Shown: in pieces, positions 1 to 10,172 of the stretch
Numbering within the stretch: position 1 is the first letter of the stretch
How the letters are laid out: each line of letters opens with the position of its first letter
Virus record (IMG/VR): IMGVR_UViG_3300036945_000489
Span: 1-56,079 of that record
Origin: a virus
Lineage: Duplodnaviria > Caudoviricetes
Length of the DNA: 56,079 bases
Strand: one strand, 5' to 3'
Notes under the pieces: model-generated
The model's database searches: none
Told to the model about the DNA's origin: nothing
What the model saw: the letters and a program-made list of their open reading frames with translations, nothing else
Position numbers and translations under genes: made by a program

Positions 1-1183
1 TCTCTGCTCCAGGTAGCAAGTTGTGAGACTCTTTGGTCTGAATGGTAATTACGTCATCAGTACAAGATAGTTCATCTAGCTGGTAAGATGGCTTTAGCAA
101 GCTTCCAGAGCTGTACTGAATACCCTTTCCAGACTGGTAGCGGAAGTAACGACGTGTTTGACGAATTGCTTGCTGGTTGTTTGAGTTACCATTAGCTGAG
201 AAAATTACACCACCGTCGTGAGGTCTGTGACCAAATGTTGCCTGTGGTCTTACGTAGACCTTTGCAGAAGTTGCTACGAGAGTTCCTGTTGGGGCATCAT
301 CAACATAAACTTTAAATGATGTTGGGCTAACAACTGTAGACACAACCCATGCACCATTAGGAGCATTGGTGCTTGCTGTAGTTCCAGAGATCGCAACCTC
401 GTTACCAAGGGCTAGACCGTGAGGAACTGTGGTAGTTACTGTAACTAGCTTACCAGAGTATGACATTGTTGGAGCTGCACCAATCTGAGATCCAGTGTAT
501 GGTGTAGAAACAAAGATGCTTGTCTTGTTGTAATCATAAATTTGAGTAATGCCTGTTTTGTTTGCTGACTTAGCATAGTATGTGAACTGGTTTGTTCCAC
601 CACCAGTCTCAATTAGGAATGTTCCATCTGCATTCTTAAGCAGGGTATCTGTAATAGTTACTACTGTACCATTTGGTGGTGCATAATTAGACACAGCTGT
701 ACCTGAAGCATCAGTTACTGTAGTGGTTATTGCATTCTGAACCGCAAAAGTTGTTCCAGATGCAATTTCTTTAATTTGAAAAAGACCGTTATATCCAGAT
801 GGACCTAGGCCAGTAATATTTACATATTCTCCAATAGTAAAGCCGTGCTCTGCTGAAGTTGTGTAAGCAACATATCCCACTGATGGGTTTGATGGGGTAA
901 CTGCAGTAACGCTTCTTGTAGTAGTGTTTAGGGTAACGGTAACTACTCTAGAGTCTTGTGCCATTACAAGAGAGTTAAAGTTCTTAATTGGAATTGCTGA
1001 GTTAAAGGCGAATGGACGGTTGTTAGTCATTGCCAAGTTTTCCCACTTGGTAAGCTGAGGACCAAGCTCAAAGTCAGTATCAATAAGTGCCTGTGGAGTG
1101 GATACTCTAAACTTACCTACTGGATCAGTGAACTCCTCTTTTGGAGCAAACGCCTGATCAAAATTTGATAAAAACTGTGTCAT
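1..1183 (-). CDS. Large virion/tail structural protein, N-terminal part (runs off left edge)
   Basis: Open frame from ATG at 1183 (TAATG overlap with upstream stop), [39 protein letters not shown]..., Thr-rich beta repeats (TTSAEHGF, TTTVPHGL); not in the supplied ORF track because truncated. Confidence 0.75.
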   Translation of the reverse strand, partial: MTQFLSNFDQAFAPKEEFTDPVGKFRVSTPQALIDTDFELGPQLTKWENLAMTNNRPFAFNSAIPIKNFNSLVMAQDSRVVTVTLNTTTRSVTAVTPSNPSVGYVAYTTSAEHGFTIGEYVNITGLGPSGYNGLFQIKEIASGTTFAVQNAITTTVTDASGTAVSNYAPPNGTVVTITDTLLKNADGTFLIETGGGTNQFTYYAKSANKTGITQIYDYNKTSIFVSTPYTGSQIGAAPTMSYSGKLVTVTTTVPHGLALGNEVAISGTTASTNAPNGAWVVSTVVSPTSFKVYVDDAPTGTLVATSAKVYVRPQATFGHRPHDGGVIFSANGNSNNQQAIRQTRRYFRYQSGKGIQYSSGSLLKPSYQLDELSCTDDVITIQTKESHNLLPGAE

Positions 1184-1833
1184 TAGACAACCTTCCAACC
1201 GTATGTAGAGCCTATAAATCTAAAAAGAACTGAGGCTCTGTCTACGTTCAAAAGCATGTTGTCTGTTCTTCCCTCTATTAATTCTAATCCTCCAGAAACG
1301 GTTAGTCCATTTCTTTTGAATGTTTCATCTCCATCAATTATAGCAACACTTTCCCCCACTACAGGGTTTTCTGGCATAATTAATGTAAAACTTCCTGAAG
1401 AAGTTTTTGCAATGTAACCAGTATTGGCTGTTGCTGTAGTATTTGAGTTGATTACTTGCCAGTTACCATAAGCGGTACCGCCACCAACTCCAACCCATGA
1501 TGAGTCGTAATAAATATATGTACTACCAGTTGTAGTATTAAACCAGATGTCTCCAGGGACTGGTGATGCTGGAGCAGTTTCTGATTCTATGTATGTACCG
1601 TCTGGACCTGTTGGTCCCAGAGATCCAGTTGGACCAGGAACTGTTGAAACTGGGCCAGTAGCCCCTGTTGCACCTGTTGGACCTGTCGGACCAACGACTG
1701 TTGAATCTGCACCTGTTGGTCCAGCATTTCCTTGTGGTCCTGTTGGCCCTACTGGACCTGTTGGACCTGCGGCACCAACAATTACTGGTTCCCAAGCTTG
1801 TGTTTGAGAATTATAAAACTTTAATTGACTCAT
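1183..1833 (-). CDS. Collagen-like (GPT repeat) virion/tail fibre protein
   Basis: G-X-Y repeats, PGDIWFN..YIYYD..WV module. Confidence 0.8.
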   Translation of the reverse strand: MSQLKFYNSQTQAWEPVIVGAAGPTGPVGPTGPQGNAGPTGADSTVVGPTGPTGATGATGPVSTVPGPTGSLGPTGPDGTYIESETAPASPVPGDIWFNTTTGSTYIYYDSSWVGVGGGTAYGNWQVINSNTTATANTGYIAKTSSGSFTLIMPENPVVGESVAIIDGDETFKRNGLTVSGGLELIEGRTDNMLLNVDRASVLFRFIGSTYGWKVV

Positions 1834-2019
1834 AGAGACACCTCGTTAGACAAGTATGCGAACTTGAAACTTACAGTAGTGTTATAGATGATGGCCATAG
1901 TTATTTAATTATACCATCTTTGTCTATTTAGTTTGAGCAGTATTTTATAGTATATTTTTTGTTAAAAATTTTAAATGAACTTATTAATAGTTATACTTTT
2001 AGTGTTGTAAAACATTTCA

Positions 2020-2889
2020 CTATAGAGCTGCTGATTTCAAATATCTAATAATTACAATTCCTGATCCACCAGCTCCACCACCAGCATCACCAGAATTTAG
2101 GCCTGTAGCAAGTGAGCCGCCGCCGCCACCAGAATTTACACGACCATCACGGTTTGAGTTTTGTGGCCCACCACCTCCGTAGCCTGCTTGAACCGCTCCT
2201 GCCTTACCGCCAAAGTTTGCGTAGTCAAGACCAGAGCCTGCACCACCACCAGCGTATCCAGTAAAGCCTGTTGAAGAAACCCAAGTGCCAATAGAGTAGC
2301 CATTACCACCATTACCACCTTGAGTATTTGACCCATTGCCACCAGTAGAACCATAGCCACCGCCACCACCACCAGCAGCATTACCGCCACCTGTATAGCC
2401 TGAACCACCAGAGTTGCCTTGACCTGCAGTTCCTGAACCTGGACTTGGTGTCTGGCCAGCCGTTCCGCCACCACCACCACCTGAACCACCAGGTTGACCA
2501 GTGAAGTCTGAGTCTCGTGTACCACCACGACCACCACCAACTGCACTAGTGAAACCAGTAATAGAGGAGTTACTGCCATTTGCTGCAGCATTTTGTGTTC
2601 CACCAGAACCACCTGCACCAACAGTTACCGTGTAAGAGCCAGCTGCAAGGGTAGTAGAGCCAAATACTACACCGCCAGCACCACCGCCACCACCGCCGTT
2701 TACTCCAGCACCAGCTCCACCAGCAATGATTATTGCGTCAATTGCCACTCCAGATGTTTGTCCAGTAATAGAAAAAGATGATGTTTCAGTAAACGTTCTA
2801 TAGTAGTATGTAGAATCTGACGTTAATACTCCACCTGAAATTATTGGATAAATTGTTCCAGGATCAAGAAGTCCTAGTGGGATTGCCAT
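2020..2889 (-). CDS. Glycine-rich virion protein
   Basis: AGGAG/GGGGGAGG tracts ending GGSGIVIIRY, a typical phage Gly-rich domain. Confidence 0.8.
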   Translation of the reverse strand: MAIPLGLLDPGTIYPIISGGVLTSDSTYYYRTFTETSSFSITGQTSGVAIDAIIIAGGAGAGVNGGGGGGAGGVVFGSTTLAAGSYTVTVGAGGSGGTQNAAANGSNSSITGFTSAVGGGRGGTRDSDFTGQPGGSGGGGGGTAGQTPSPGSGTAGQGNSGGSGYTGGGNAAGGGGGGYGSTGGNGSNTQGGNGGNGYSIGTWVSSTGFTGYAGGGAGSGLDYANFGGKAGAVQAGYGGGGPQNSNRDGRVNSGGGGGSLATGLNSGDAGGGAGGSGIVIIRYLKSAAL

Positions 2890-2890
2890 G

Positions 2891-3925
2891 CTATCCTAAG
2901 TTTCCAATAAGCATATATTCTCCAGCAGCTACGCACATAACTGTGGCACCAGCATACTGTTTTCCAGTCTTTACTTTGCTATCTACGCTTCGAAGGTTCA
3001 CGCCAGAAGCTTGGAAGGTTATCTGTCCAGAACCAAACTGGGCAAAGTCAATCCTGTCACCTATATTGAGAACATTTGGAATAGTAACTGTAATTGCACC
3101 GCCAGTAGACCTAATTGTTTTTCCTGCATCTGCGTTCGTGATAGTGTAATTGGCTGATATATCAACTACCAGTGTTGCAAAGTTTCCAACGACCTGGCCA
3201 TTTGCATAAATATTTAGCCTTTCAACCCCAGTGCTAGAAACTCCATCTGGCTTTGTAGCAAATGATATCCTACTACCCAAATTATTTGCTGTAGTTCCAG
3301 ATTGCCATCCTGCTACGTAAGCGGCTCTGGTGCCTGTGGATAAAGTATTTGTTACGTCGTGAAATTCCAATAAACCTGTAAGTGCAGCACCATTTGACAA
3401 TCCACTAGCAAAGGCAATTACCCCTACGTCGCTTGGAGCGGCTACAGTCAAATATTTTCTTGATTGACTAGGTATTGTTATTGCGGCATTGTTTCCAAAA
3501 GAGCTGTTAGACTGAATTTGAACAGCACCTGTAAAACTAGCTCCAGATATGTTTGCTTTCGCATCTAGATCAGTTTCAATATTTGCAATAGAGTTTGTAA
3601 CTGTTGTAGCAAAGTTTGCATCATCGCTCAGGGCTGCTGCAAGCTCATTAAGGGTATTCAGTGCCCCAGGTGCTGAATCTACAATTGCTGATGCAGCTGC
3701 GGATGCGGCACTGTCTGCATAGGTCTTAGTTGCATAAGATGATAAGTCTGACTCTGGCCCTGTTGGGCCTGTTGGCCCCTGGATTCCAATAGGACCTGTT
3801 GGTCCTGTTGGTCCAACGCTTGCTGAAACAATTTTCCATGAACTGCCGTTCCACTTCCAAGTACGAGAACCAGAAGTAAAAGTATCATTAGTTGATGGTG
3901 ATAGTGGAAAGTTTATAGCTGCCAT
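2891..3925 (-). CDS. Tail-fibre-like protein
   Basis: FP.SP...WKWNGSSW N-terminus, collagen stretch, APGALNTLNELAAAL.DDANFATTV fibre motif. Confidence 0.8.
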   Translation of the reverse strand: MAAINFPLSPSTNDTFTSGSRTWKWNGSSWKIVSASVGPTGPTGPIGIQGPTGPTGPESDLSSYATKTYADSAASAAASAIVDSAPGALNTLNELAAALSDDANFATTVTNSIANIETDLDAKANISGASFTGAVQIQSNSSFGNNAAITIPSQSRKYLTVAAPSDVGVIAFASGLSNGAALTGLLEFHDVTNTLSTGTRAAYVAGWQSGTTANNLGSRISFATKPDGVSSTGVERLNIYANGQVVGNFATLVVDISANYTITNADAGKTIRSTGGAITVTIPNVLNIGDRIDFAQFGSGQITFQASGVNLRSVDSKVKTGKQYAGATVMCVAAGEYMLIGNLG

Positions 3926-3960
3926 AGTTCTTCAATTATATCAGTTTTTGTATATCTAAA

Positions 3961-4230
3961 TTAGATAGATTCTTCTGGCATTATCCATGACCAAGCTTCT
4001 TCGTCAAAGCCTAGGTTGCCTTCTGGTTCTGCTGGCTTAAAGTTTGTGCCGTCAAAAGTATCTCCAATACCTGCATACTTCTTTCCGAAGTTAGCATTGT
4101 ATGATGTTTGTGCCCAGGTACCCTCTAGTCCTAGATCGTTAAGGTATTGCTCTCCATATGTTTCGTGTTCGTTATCTACGACTACTACATTTGTTACAAT
4201 ACCGTTTTCAATTTTTGCAAAGTGTGCCAT
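3961..4230 (-). CDS. Small phage protein (MAHFAKI family), often next to Gly-rich fibre genes
   Basis: MAHFAKIENGIVTNVVVV...QTSYN...YAGIG motif. Confidence 0.7.
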   Translation of the reverse strand: MAHFAKIENGIVTNVVVVDNEHETYGEQYLNDLGLEGTWAQTSYNANFGKKYAGIGDTFDGTNFKPAEPEGNLGFDEEAWSWIMPEESI

Positions 4231-4239
4231 GTTGTTTTC

Positions 4240-4719
4240 CTATTCGTAATACTCTATTGCCACATATCCAGAACCGCCGTTGGCACCGCCAGCTAATCCA
4301 CCAGAGCCTCCACCACCAACTGTAATGGTGTATGAAGTTCCTGGTGTGACTGCTGAACCACCCAAGAGGATGTTTGAGCTAAAGGCTGTTGAGGCAGCTT
4401 GAATGTATCCTTGGTTTGGTGGACCGTTTCTTACAGAGCCACCTCCGTTACCAGTATTGGCCTGGGCTGCCTGGGCTCCACCCATGTTAAAATTTCCGTA
4501 TGTGCCACCGTTGGCCCCAAGGGCGTCAATTCCAAAAGCAGAAGATGTTCCGCCGTATCCACCGCTGGCTTCACTTCCACCACCGCCACCGCCACCAGCC
4601 ATGATATTTGCAATTGCATAGGTAACTCCAGCAGGTGCTGTCCAGCTTCCAGTAGATTTAAAAAGAGCAATCTTTTTTTGCTTGGTAGAAGCACCTAAAC
4701 TTTTAAAACTAATAGGCAT
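4240..4719 (-). CDS. Glycine-rich virion protein
   Basis: SGSWTAPAGVT...GGGGGGG...GGSGYVAIEY; start at 4719 coupled to upstream stop. Confidence 0.75.
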   Translation of the reverse strand: MPISFKSLGASTKQKKIALFKSTGSWTAPAGVTYAIANIMAGGGGGGGSEASGGYGGTSSAFGIDALGANGGTYGNFNMGGAQAAQANTGNGGGSVRNGPPNQGYIQAASTAFSSNILLGGSAVTPGTSYTITVGGGGSGGLAGGANGGSGYVAIEYYE

Positions 4720-5867
4720 TATCCCATTCTCCATCCATAGGTTGATCCAGTATAGACAAATGATGCAGCTACTCCGTTTGAATCAAGAAGTGCTGAGTCT
4801 AACACTCCGTTAATTTTAACTGAGTTATTTGCTACTGTAATATTGTTTGTACCTGCTGTGCCGCTGGAATCAAAAATTTGTATTTCATTTCCAAGAGTTG
4901 GGGTAGCTGGTAAAGTTAGTGTTCTTGCAACTGTAGTATCTACAAAATATTTATTTCCAGAAGCCAAGGCTATATTAGAAGATACTGCTGTACTAGGAAG
5001 TACTCCAGATGCACCTGCTGGTCCTGTAGGTCCTACAGATCCTGCTGGACCTGTTGGGCCAGCAACTGTTGAGGCTGCACCCTGTGGTCCTGTAGCTCCT
5101 GCTGGACCTGTTGGGCCAATCGCACCTTCTGGTCCTGAAACTTCTACCCAAAAACCATCTATAAAAGTATGGACTGCTCCAGTTGATGACTCTATCCATA
5201 TCTGTCCATTTGATGGATTTGATGGAGGTGTTTCGGAGACAAGAAATTCTGCGTCTACACCTGATGGTCCTGTAGGACCAACATCTCCTTGTGGGCCTGT
5301 AGGGCCTATATCTCCCTGTGGTCCTGTAGGACCCTGCCCCATAATTCCTTCGACTGTAGTGTCTAGCCATAGAACATCAAATGATGTTGGGGCAGTAGAA
5401 CCAACTTCTAGTCCGTCAGATCCGTCTAGGCCAGCGTTAAAAGGTAGCCAGTAAAGATTTGCAAAAGAGTCTGTTTCTCTGTCTGATGGAACGCTGCTTG
5501 TATTGTTTGCATTTGCTATCCAAAGGGCGTTTGCTTCTTTTACTACTTCTTGTGCTGCACTAAAATATGTGGTAGTTGGAGACCAGTCTCCTACGTAGTT
5601 GAATGGGTATGGACCTGTAGCTCCAGTTGGTCCAGTTGCACCATTTGCTCCATCTGCTCCTGCTGGGCCTGTCGGACCTGCAATACTTGATGGTGCTCCT
5701 GTTGGTCCAGTTGGTCCAGGTGTTAGAGAAATACTGTCTACATAGTCTTTTGTGGCAGCGTGATCTGGACCAGTTGGAGTGCCAACAGTTACTGGGGCAC
5801 CAAAAGTACCACCCTCAGTTACAACTAAGCCATTCTTGACCTTGAAGTCTTTATTTGCTGTAGACAA
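4719..5867 (-). CDS. Collagen-like tail fibre protein
   Basis: Multiple GPTG repeat blocks; C-terminal domain paralogous to 1183..1833 (ends TYGW). Confidence 0.8.
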   Translation of the reverse strand: MSTANKDFKVKNGLVVTEGGTFGAPVTVGTPTGPDHAATKDYVDSISLTPGPTGPTGAPSSIAGPTGPAGADGANGATGPTGATGPYPFNYVGDWSPTTTYFSAAQEVVKEANALWIANANNTSSVPSDRETDSFANLYWLPFNAGLDGSDGLEVGSTAPTSFDVLWLDTTVEGIMGQGPTGPQGDIGPTGPQGDVGPTGPSGVDAEFLVSETPPSNPSNGQIWIESSTGAVHTFIDGFWVEVSGPEGAIGPTGPAGATGPQGAASTVAGPTGPAGSVGPTGPAGASGVLPSTAVSSNIALASGNKYFVDTTVARTLTLPATPTLGNEIQIFDSSGTAGTNNITVANNSVKINGVLDSALLDSNGVAASFVYTGSTYGWRMG

Positions 5868-5902
5868 TGTTAAGCTCTCCTAAATAGTATAATTATACCA
5901 TT

Positions 5903-6124
5903 TTATAAAATATAGTTATTCAAACCAATAACGGCTATACCAATTGGTGCTGGATTATTAGGGGAGTATCCAACGATTCCAATATTAGTTATTTTAATTC
6001 TAAAAGGCAATACGCTATTTATTCGTACTGAGCCAGCTGTTTCTCTAATTCTAGATTTAAAAAATTTTGATGTTTGTATGTTTCTTACTTTGTTGCTTTT
6101 ATCTAGAATTTGTGCTTTGGACAT
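5903..6124 (-). CDS. Hypothetical protein
   Basis: ORF translationally coupled within the structural operon. Confidence 0.55.
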   Translation of the reverse strand: MSKAQILDKSNKVRNIQTSKFFKSRIRETAGSVRINSVLPFRIKITNIGIVGYSPNNPAPIGIAVIGLNNYIL

Positions 6125-6534
6125 TAGTCAGTCACATCCTCAAGGATGACCATGCTTCCCTGAGCTACCGTCCAAACTATAGTGTCTCCTGCAGATGAAA
6201 GTTGAATATCAAAGATGTCTCCAGTTTCAAGAGTAAATGATTCTGATGCAGTAAGAGATACTGTGAATTCTCCAGGTAGGTCATCTGGATCTGCGACTGG
6301 GTTTAGTTCTAGGATTGTGGTTGCTACATCTGTAATTATTCCAGTAGAAGATGGTGAGTCAGGTCTCTTGACCTTCATTGCTATTGTCCAGTCTTCAATG
6401 TTCAAAGCAACTTTTGCGTCGTCTGTAACATATACTTTAAATGCAGCGGTATCTCCACGAACTACTGTCCATGTGACTCTTGGTGGTCTGTTTCCAACAT
6501 CGTATGTAGATGCTGATCCTCTTGAAGTTGCCAT
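6124..6534 (-). CDS. Virion protein, BppU N-terminal-like (RGDT) family
   Basis: WTVVRGDT motif shared with 10173..10850 and 12307..12690. Confidence 0.6.
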   Translation of the reverse strand: MATSRGSASTYDVGNRPPRVTWTVVRGDTAAFKVYVTDDAKVALNIEDWTIAMKVKRPDSPSSTGIITDVATTILELNPVADPDDLPGEFTVSLTASESFTLETGDIFDIQLSSAGDTIVWTVAQGSMVILEDVTD

Positions 6535-6635
6535 ATGTTAAATTATATCATAATTAATCATTGAATATTCCTCGAAAAACTGGTATAATTGTATGTGACT
6601 TCCAGTAATGGAAGTTTTTGTTCTAAGGAGGACAA

Positions 6636-6713
6636 ATGACTAGACAGAGTAACAACAACGTTGAAATCCTAACTAACTCTCAACAACAGACATTTTTATT
6701 GCTATCGCACTAA
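6636..6713 (+). CDS. Putative 25-aa leader peptide (Asn/Gln-rich) upstream of the NlpC/P60 gene
   Basis: AAGGAGG RBS, MTRQSNNNVEILTNSQQQTFLLLSH*; downstream of a TTGAAT...TGGTATAAT promoter. Confidence 0.5.
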   Translation: MTRQSNNNVEILTNSQQQTFLLLSH

Positions 6714-6782
6714 TAAAAATATTGTCGCCAAGGTATTGATACTGATACCGTAACTACGAAAAGAATAAAAAGGAGGTAGTAA

Positions 6783-7361
6783 TTGAAAGAATTATTGCTA
6801 GTAGTAACAACAGCTTTTGCATTAGTACCATTAACCATTTCTTCTGGAATGGCATATGGAGGAAACCCCGAAAGACCAGAACGTGGAAATCACATATCTG
6901 TGTCAACTCTGCAAAGGCTTGAGATTAAGAAACAAGATGCCATTAATGAAGTTAAGCTTGAAAGGCTTAGAGAGAGTGGCATTAAAGTAAAGAAGGCACT
7001 GGACAAACTATCTACACACGTAGATAAAACCTGGTACGTATTTTCTGGAGCTACACCATCTGGATGGGACTGTTCTGGTCTTACCATGTGGTTTTATGAA
7101 CAGCTTGGAATAACCGTTGAGCATCGTGCATCTGTGCAGGATACCGCTGGAACAAAGACCAACCACCCAAAACCTGGAGATCTAGTTGTATTTAAATACA
7201 ATGGATCAAAGCAGGCTTACCACGTTGGTGTTTATGTTGGAGATGGCAAGATGATTCATGCCCCAAAGCATGGTCACTTGACTAGAATTGAAAACATAAA
7301 GAAGTTTGGTGGAAGCTACTCAAAGATAAGCTACAGAAAGCTTATAGATACTAATTTGTAA
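6783..7361 (+). CDS. Secreted NlpC/P60 (C40) peptidoglycan endopeptidase
   Basis: Signal peptide, YVFSG..P.GWDCSG catalytic Cys, PGDLV.F, HVGVYVGDGKMIHAP. Confidence 0.92.
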   Translation: MKELLLVVTTAFALVPLTISSGMAYGGNPERPERGNHISVSTLQRLEIKKQDAINEVKLERLRESGIKVKKALDKLSTHVDKTWYVFSGATPSGWDCSGLTMWFYEQLGITVEHRASVQDTAGTKTNHPKPGDLVVFKYNGSKQAYHVGVYVGDGKMIHAPKHGHLTRIENIKKFGGSYSKISYRKLIDTNL

Positions 7362-8763
7362 GGTCTATCCAGGCAGAGCCTGTCCAGCGTTTCATCTTAG
7401 TTAGTGCCACCCACTGGCTTCCGTCCCAACGCTTTGCTGTTCCAAAAGATGATTGTCCAAAGGTAGAGTTTATTCTCTTGCCTGGGTAGACAACAGTTAT
7501 TGTTATTACCTTTGATGTAACTGATGCTGCTCCATTAGCACCCAAGGCATTAACTGCAAATGTGTAGGTTCCTGGGACATCTGTACTTCCAGAAAGAGCT
7601 CCTGTAGCGGCGTTAATAGTAAGCCAGCTTGGAAATGTTCCAGTGCCAGCATAAGTGATAGAGTATGGATTTGTTCCTGTATTAGATGCAGCTACGCTAG
7701 CATTTGCTGTTGACTGAATTGTTTGATTGATGACCAGCTGTGGTGTCACTGTTTCATCAGTAAATCCTGGAGTGATTGCTGTCCATCCCAGGTCTGCAGA
7801 AAATGTTGTATCAGAGTTGATTGCTGGAGTAGTTGCCTGATCGTAGTAAGAGGAATTTCCATTCCAACCAGTAAACGTATATCCAGATCTTGATCCTACT
7901 GCTGGAAAAGTTGTAGTGCTTCCATCGTTAACAGTTTTAGATGATGTTGGTGAGTTTAATGATCCATAAGTATTTGTAAAATTTACAGTATATGTTGTGA
8001 TTGGAACTGCACGTAGACCATAAATTCCAGTACCTCCTGCTGGATACCATGCAGAATTCCCTCCTGTTCCCTGAGACCTCACCCAATAATACCTAACACC
8101 GCCTTGTGATGGTCCTGTATCTGTATAAGATGTACTGGAAGTATTAAAATCTGGAGTGCTGGATGTTAGTGGTGCTCCTGTAGAAGAGCCACTGTACCAA
8201 ATACCATAATTGGTAATGCTTCCTGTGGCACCGCTCCAAGAAAGATTAATACCAGCAGAGTCATTCGTACTTGCAGTTAGATTTGTTGGAGCCGTTGGGG
8301 CAGGGGTAGACACGTAACCAGTATCTGCTAAAACGTATGTTCCAGAAACAGATGTTCCTGTTGTGATCTTATATGCAACAGCCTGATCGCTAAATTGAAA
8401 AACAGCACTAACTGAAATTGAAGACTTTCCAGTGTGGTTAATGCTTTTTGTTGCAGTGGCAATTGTTATGGTAGCACCCTTAACTGAATTAGTATACTGT
8501 TTTGTTGTTACAGCACCAGAAACTGCTGATCCATCTATGCTTATTGATCCAGTACAGGTTTCTAAAGAGTAGTTATTTGCTGATGATGTTGTACCGTTGT
8601 TTTCTCTCAATCTAGCATTTATTGTAGAGGTGTTGGTTGTTGAGTTTATATTGGTTTCCCATACTTCAAGATATAGGGTGTGCCTATTTACTGTAGCTCC
8701 AACAAACTGCACTGCTGTTGCTGATGTTGTTGCTGGACCTAGTGGGCCTGTTACTGCAGCCAT
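7351..8763 (-). CDS. Minor tail protein with Fn3/Ig-like domains
   Basis: PTAPTNLTA..LSW..YWVRS Fn3; RSGYTFTGWN InlB-B-like repeat; PSWLTIN..TG.LSG Ig-like; KRWDGSQW end. Confidence 0.75.
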   Translation of the reverse strand: MAAVTGPLGPATTSATAVQFVGATVNRHTLYLEVWETNINSTTNTSTINARLRENNGTTSSANNYSLETCTGSISIDGSAVSGAVTTKQYTNSVKGATITIATATKSINHTGKSSISVSAVFQFSDQAVAYKITTGTSVSGTYVLADTGYVSTPAPTAPTNLTASTNDSAGINLSWSGATGSITNYGIWYSGSSTGAPLTSSTPDFNTSSTSYTDTGPSQGGVRYYWVRSQGTGGNSAWYPAGGTGIYGLRAVPITTYTVNFTNTYGSLNSPTSSKTVNDGSTTTFPAVGSRSGYTFTGWNGNSSYYDQATTPAINSDTTFSADLGWTAITPGFTDETVTPQLVINQTIQSTANASVAASNTGTNPYSITYAGTGTFPSWLTINAATGALSGSTDVPGTYTFAVNALGANGAASVTSKVITITVVYPGKRINSTFGQSSFGTAKRWDGSQWVALTKMKRWTGSAWIDLTN

Positions 8764-8768
8764 TTATA

Positions 8769-9542
8769 TCACCAGAACCAGAGGTCGCCAACAGATGGAC
8801 TAGATGGAGCTGTGCTGCTTACAGTAACTTTTGCTGTTTCTGTTTTTAGCCAATAATTTGAGTGTGTGTGACCAGTTGCTGATTTGCCATCTAGCTGACC
8901 CTGAATTCCTGAAGTAACGCCATCAAGATATCCTAGCTCAGTTGGGGTAACAGTTGCAAGTGAAACAATCTTTCCATTAGCATCTACATATGTAGCTGAA
9001 TTTGCTGAAAGAGCTGTATCAATCTTTAGGTTTATTGCACCAATGGTGTAGTAACGATCATCGTGAGTGTGACCAGTCTTAGCTGTCTGTTGCCATTCTC
9101 CCCATGTAATTGTTGCCTGAACCTTTAGTCCTGTTCTCCAATAGAAGTTACTTCCAGAAGCTGATGCATTTGTGATGTATGTTTGGAAGTATGTATTGTT
9201 TGATGAGCTTAGCCAAAAATTAAGCAAACCAATGCTGGTTGATGGGTAATTCAACAATGCAGTTGGAGAAGTTGTGCTGTGATAAACTCCAGTTTGGGTT
9301 AGATCGTTTATATTCTCTGATGCACCTAGATTGCTGATTGCCGCTGCACCAGCGACTACCGCATCAATTGCCGCTAGGGTATCACGAATATATCCAGCCA
9401 TAGAGTCTGCGAGAATCTGACTCTCACTAGTTGGAACCTCTTCTGTACCGTAGTGGTATAGGTTGAAAGCTTTTCTAATGTCTGCTGCTTCAGTGTACGA
9501 CGGCACCTGAGTTGGAAATAAGCTACCAATTGATTCTGGCAT
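8769..9542 (-). CDS. Tail fibre/minor tail protein
   Basis: HTHDDRYYT and ELGYLDGVTSGIQ.QLD fibre motifs. Confidence 0.7.
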   Translation of the reverse strand: MPESIGSLFPTQVPSYTEAADIRKAFNLYHYGTEEVPTSESQILADSMAGYIRDTLAAIDAVVAGAAAISNLGASENINDLTQTGVYHSTTSPTALLNYPSTSIGLLNFWLSSSNNTYFQTYITNASASGSNFYWRTGLKVQATITWGEWQQTAKTGHTHDDRYYTIGAINLKIDTALSANSATYVDANGKIVSLATVTPTELGYLDGVTSGIQGQLDGKSATGHTHSNYWLKTETAKVTVSSTAPSSPSVGDLWFW

Positions 9543-10171
9543 TATAGAGTCACCTCATCCTGGATTCCTGAAGTTGATGTTATAAACAAGTGAGCAACTC
9601 TTTCACCAGTTACTGGCAACCATGAAAGTGTTGAAATGTTATACTCAATTGCTGTTGTTGTTATTAGCAAATACTTTTTACCACCAGAGTCTACTGTAGA
9701 TAGAGAGAATCCAGTTGATACTGGCTTCAATAGTGATGGTGTTCCTGCTGCAAGCTTATTCTCAAGACTGATATTAACCATGAAGTTATCTGCTATGTAT
9801 CCATCTACATCTAGAGTAAATAGATCTGATATTGGAATGATTCCAGTTGCAATACCGTCTACAAAAGTAACTGTACCCTTGGTACTAAAAACATTTGGAA
9901 CCAAAGATGCAAATGGTAGCCATTCGTCAGTCGTTGTTCCAATTTTCTGATAAACAGTTAGGTAATCTGATTCTGATGGGGACACTACCATTGCAAGATC
10001 GTAGTTGATGGTGTCTACTGGCTTTTCTGTTGTTGCCAATCTTGGGTCAGCATCAACTCCAATAATTCTACTTCCACGAACTCCAGTTGTACCAAAATCA
10101 ATGTCAACATTAATGGATGCTGGTCCACCAAATACTGCTAGTTCGTCTGTAGATAGAATTACGTCTGCCAT
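9542..10171 (-). CDS. Virion structural protein
   Basis: Coupled within the tail operon; IDFG..G.RGS motif. Confidence 0.6.
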   Translation of the reverse strand: MADVILSTDELAVFGGPASINVDIDFGTTGVRGSRIIGVDADPRLATTEKPVDTINYDLAMVVSPSESDYLTVYQKIGTTTDEWLPFASLVPNVFSTKGTVTFVDGIATGIIPISDLFTLDVDGYIADNFMVNISLENKLAAGTPSLLKPVSTGFSLSTVDSGGKKYLLITTTAIEYNISTLSWLPVTGERVAHLFITSTSGIQDEVTL

Positions 10172-10172
10172 A

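Noticed and set aside
1538-5839. Alternative-frame and antisense ORFs over collagen and Gly-rich genes
   Set aside because: Shadow frames of repetitive GPT/GGG codons with no RBS
6590-6780. c-di-AMP (ydaO) riboswitch expected upstream of an actinobacterial NlpC/P60 gene
   Set aside because: Conserved ydaO core sequences are not visible
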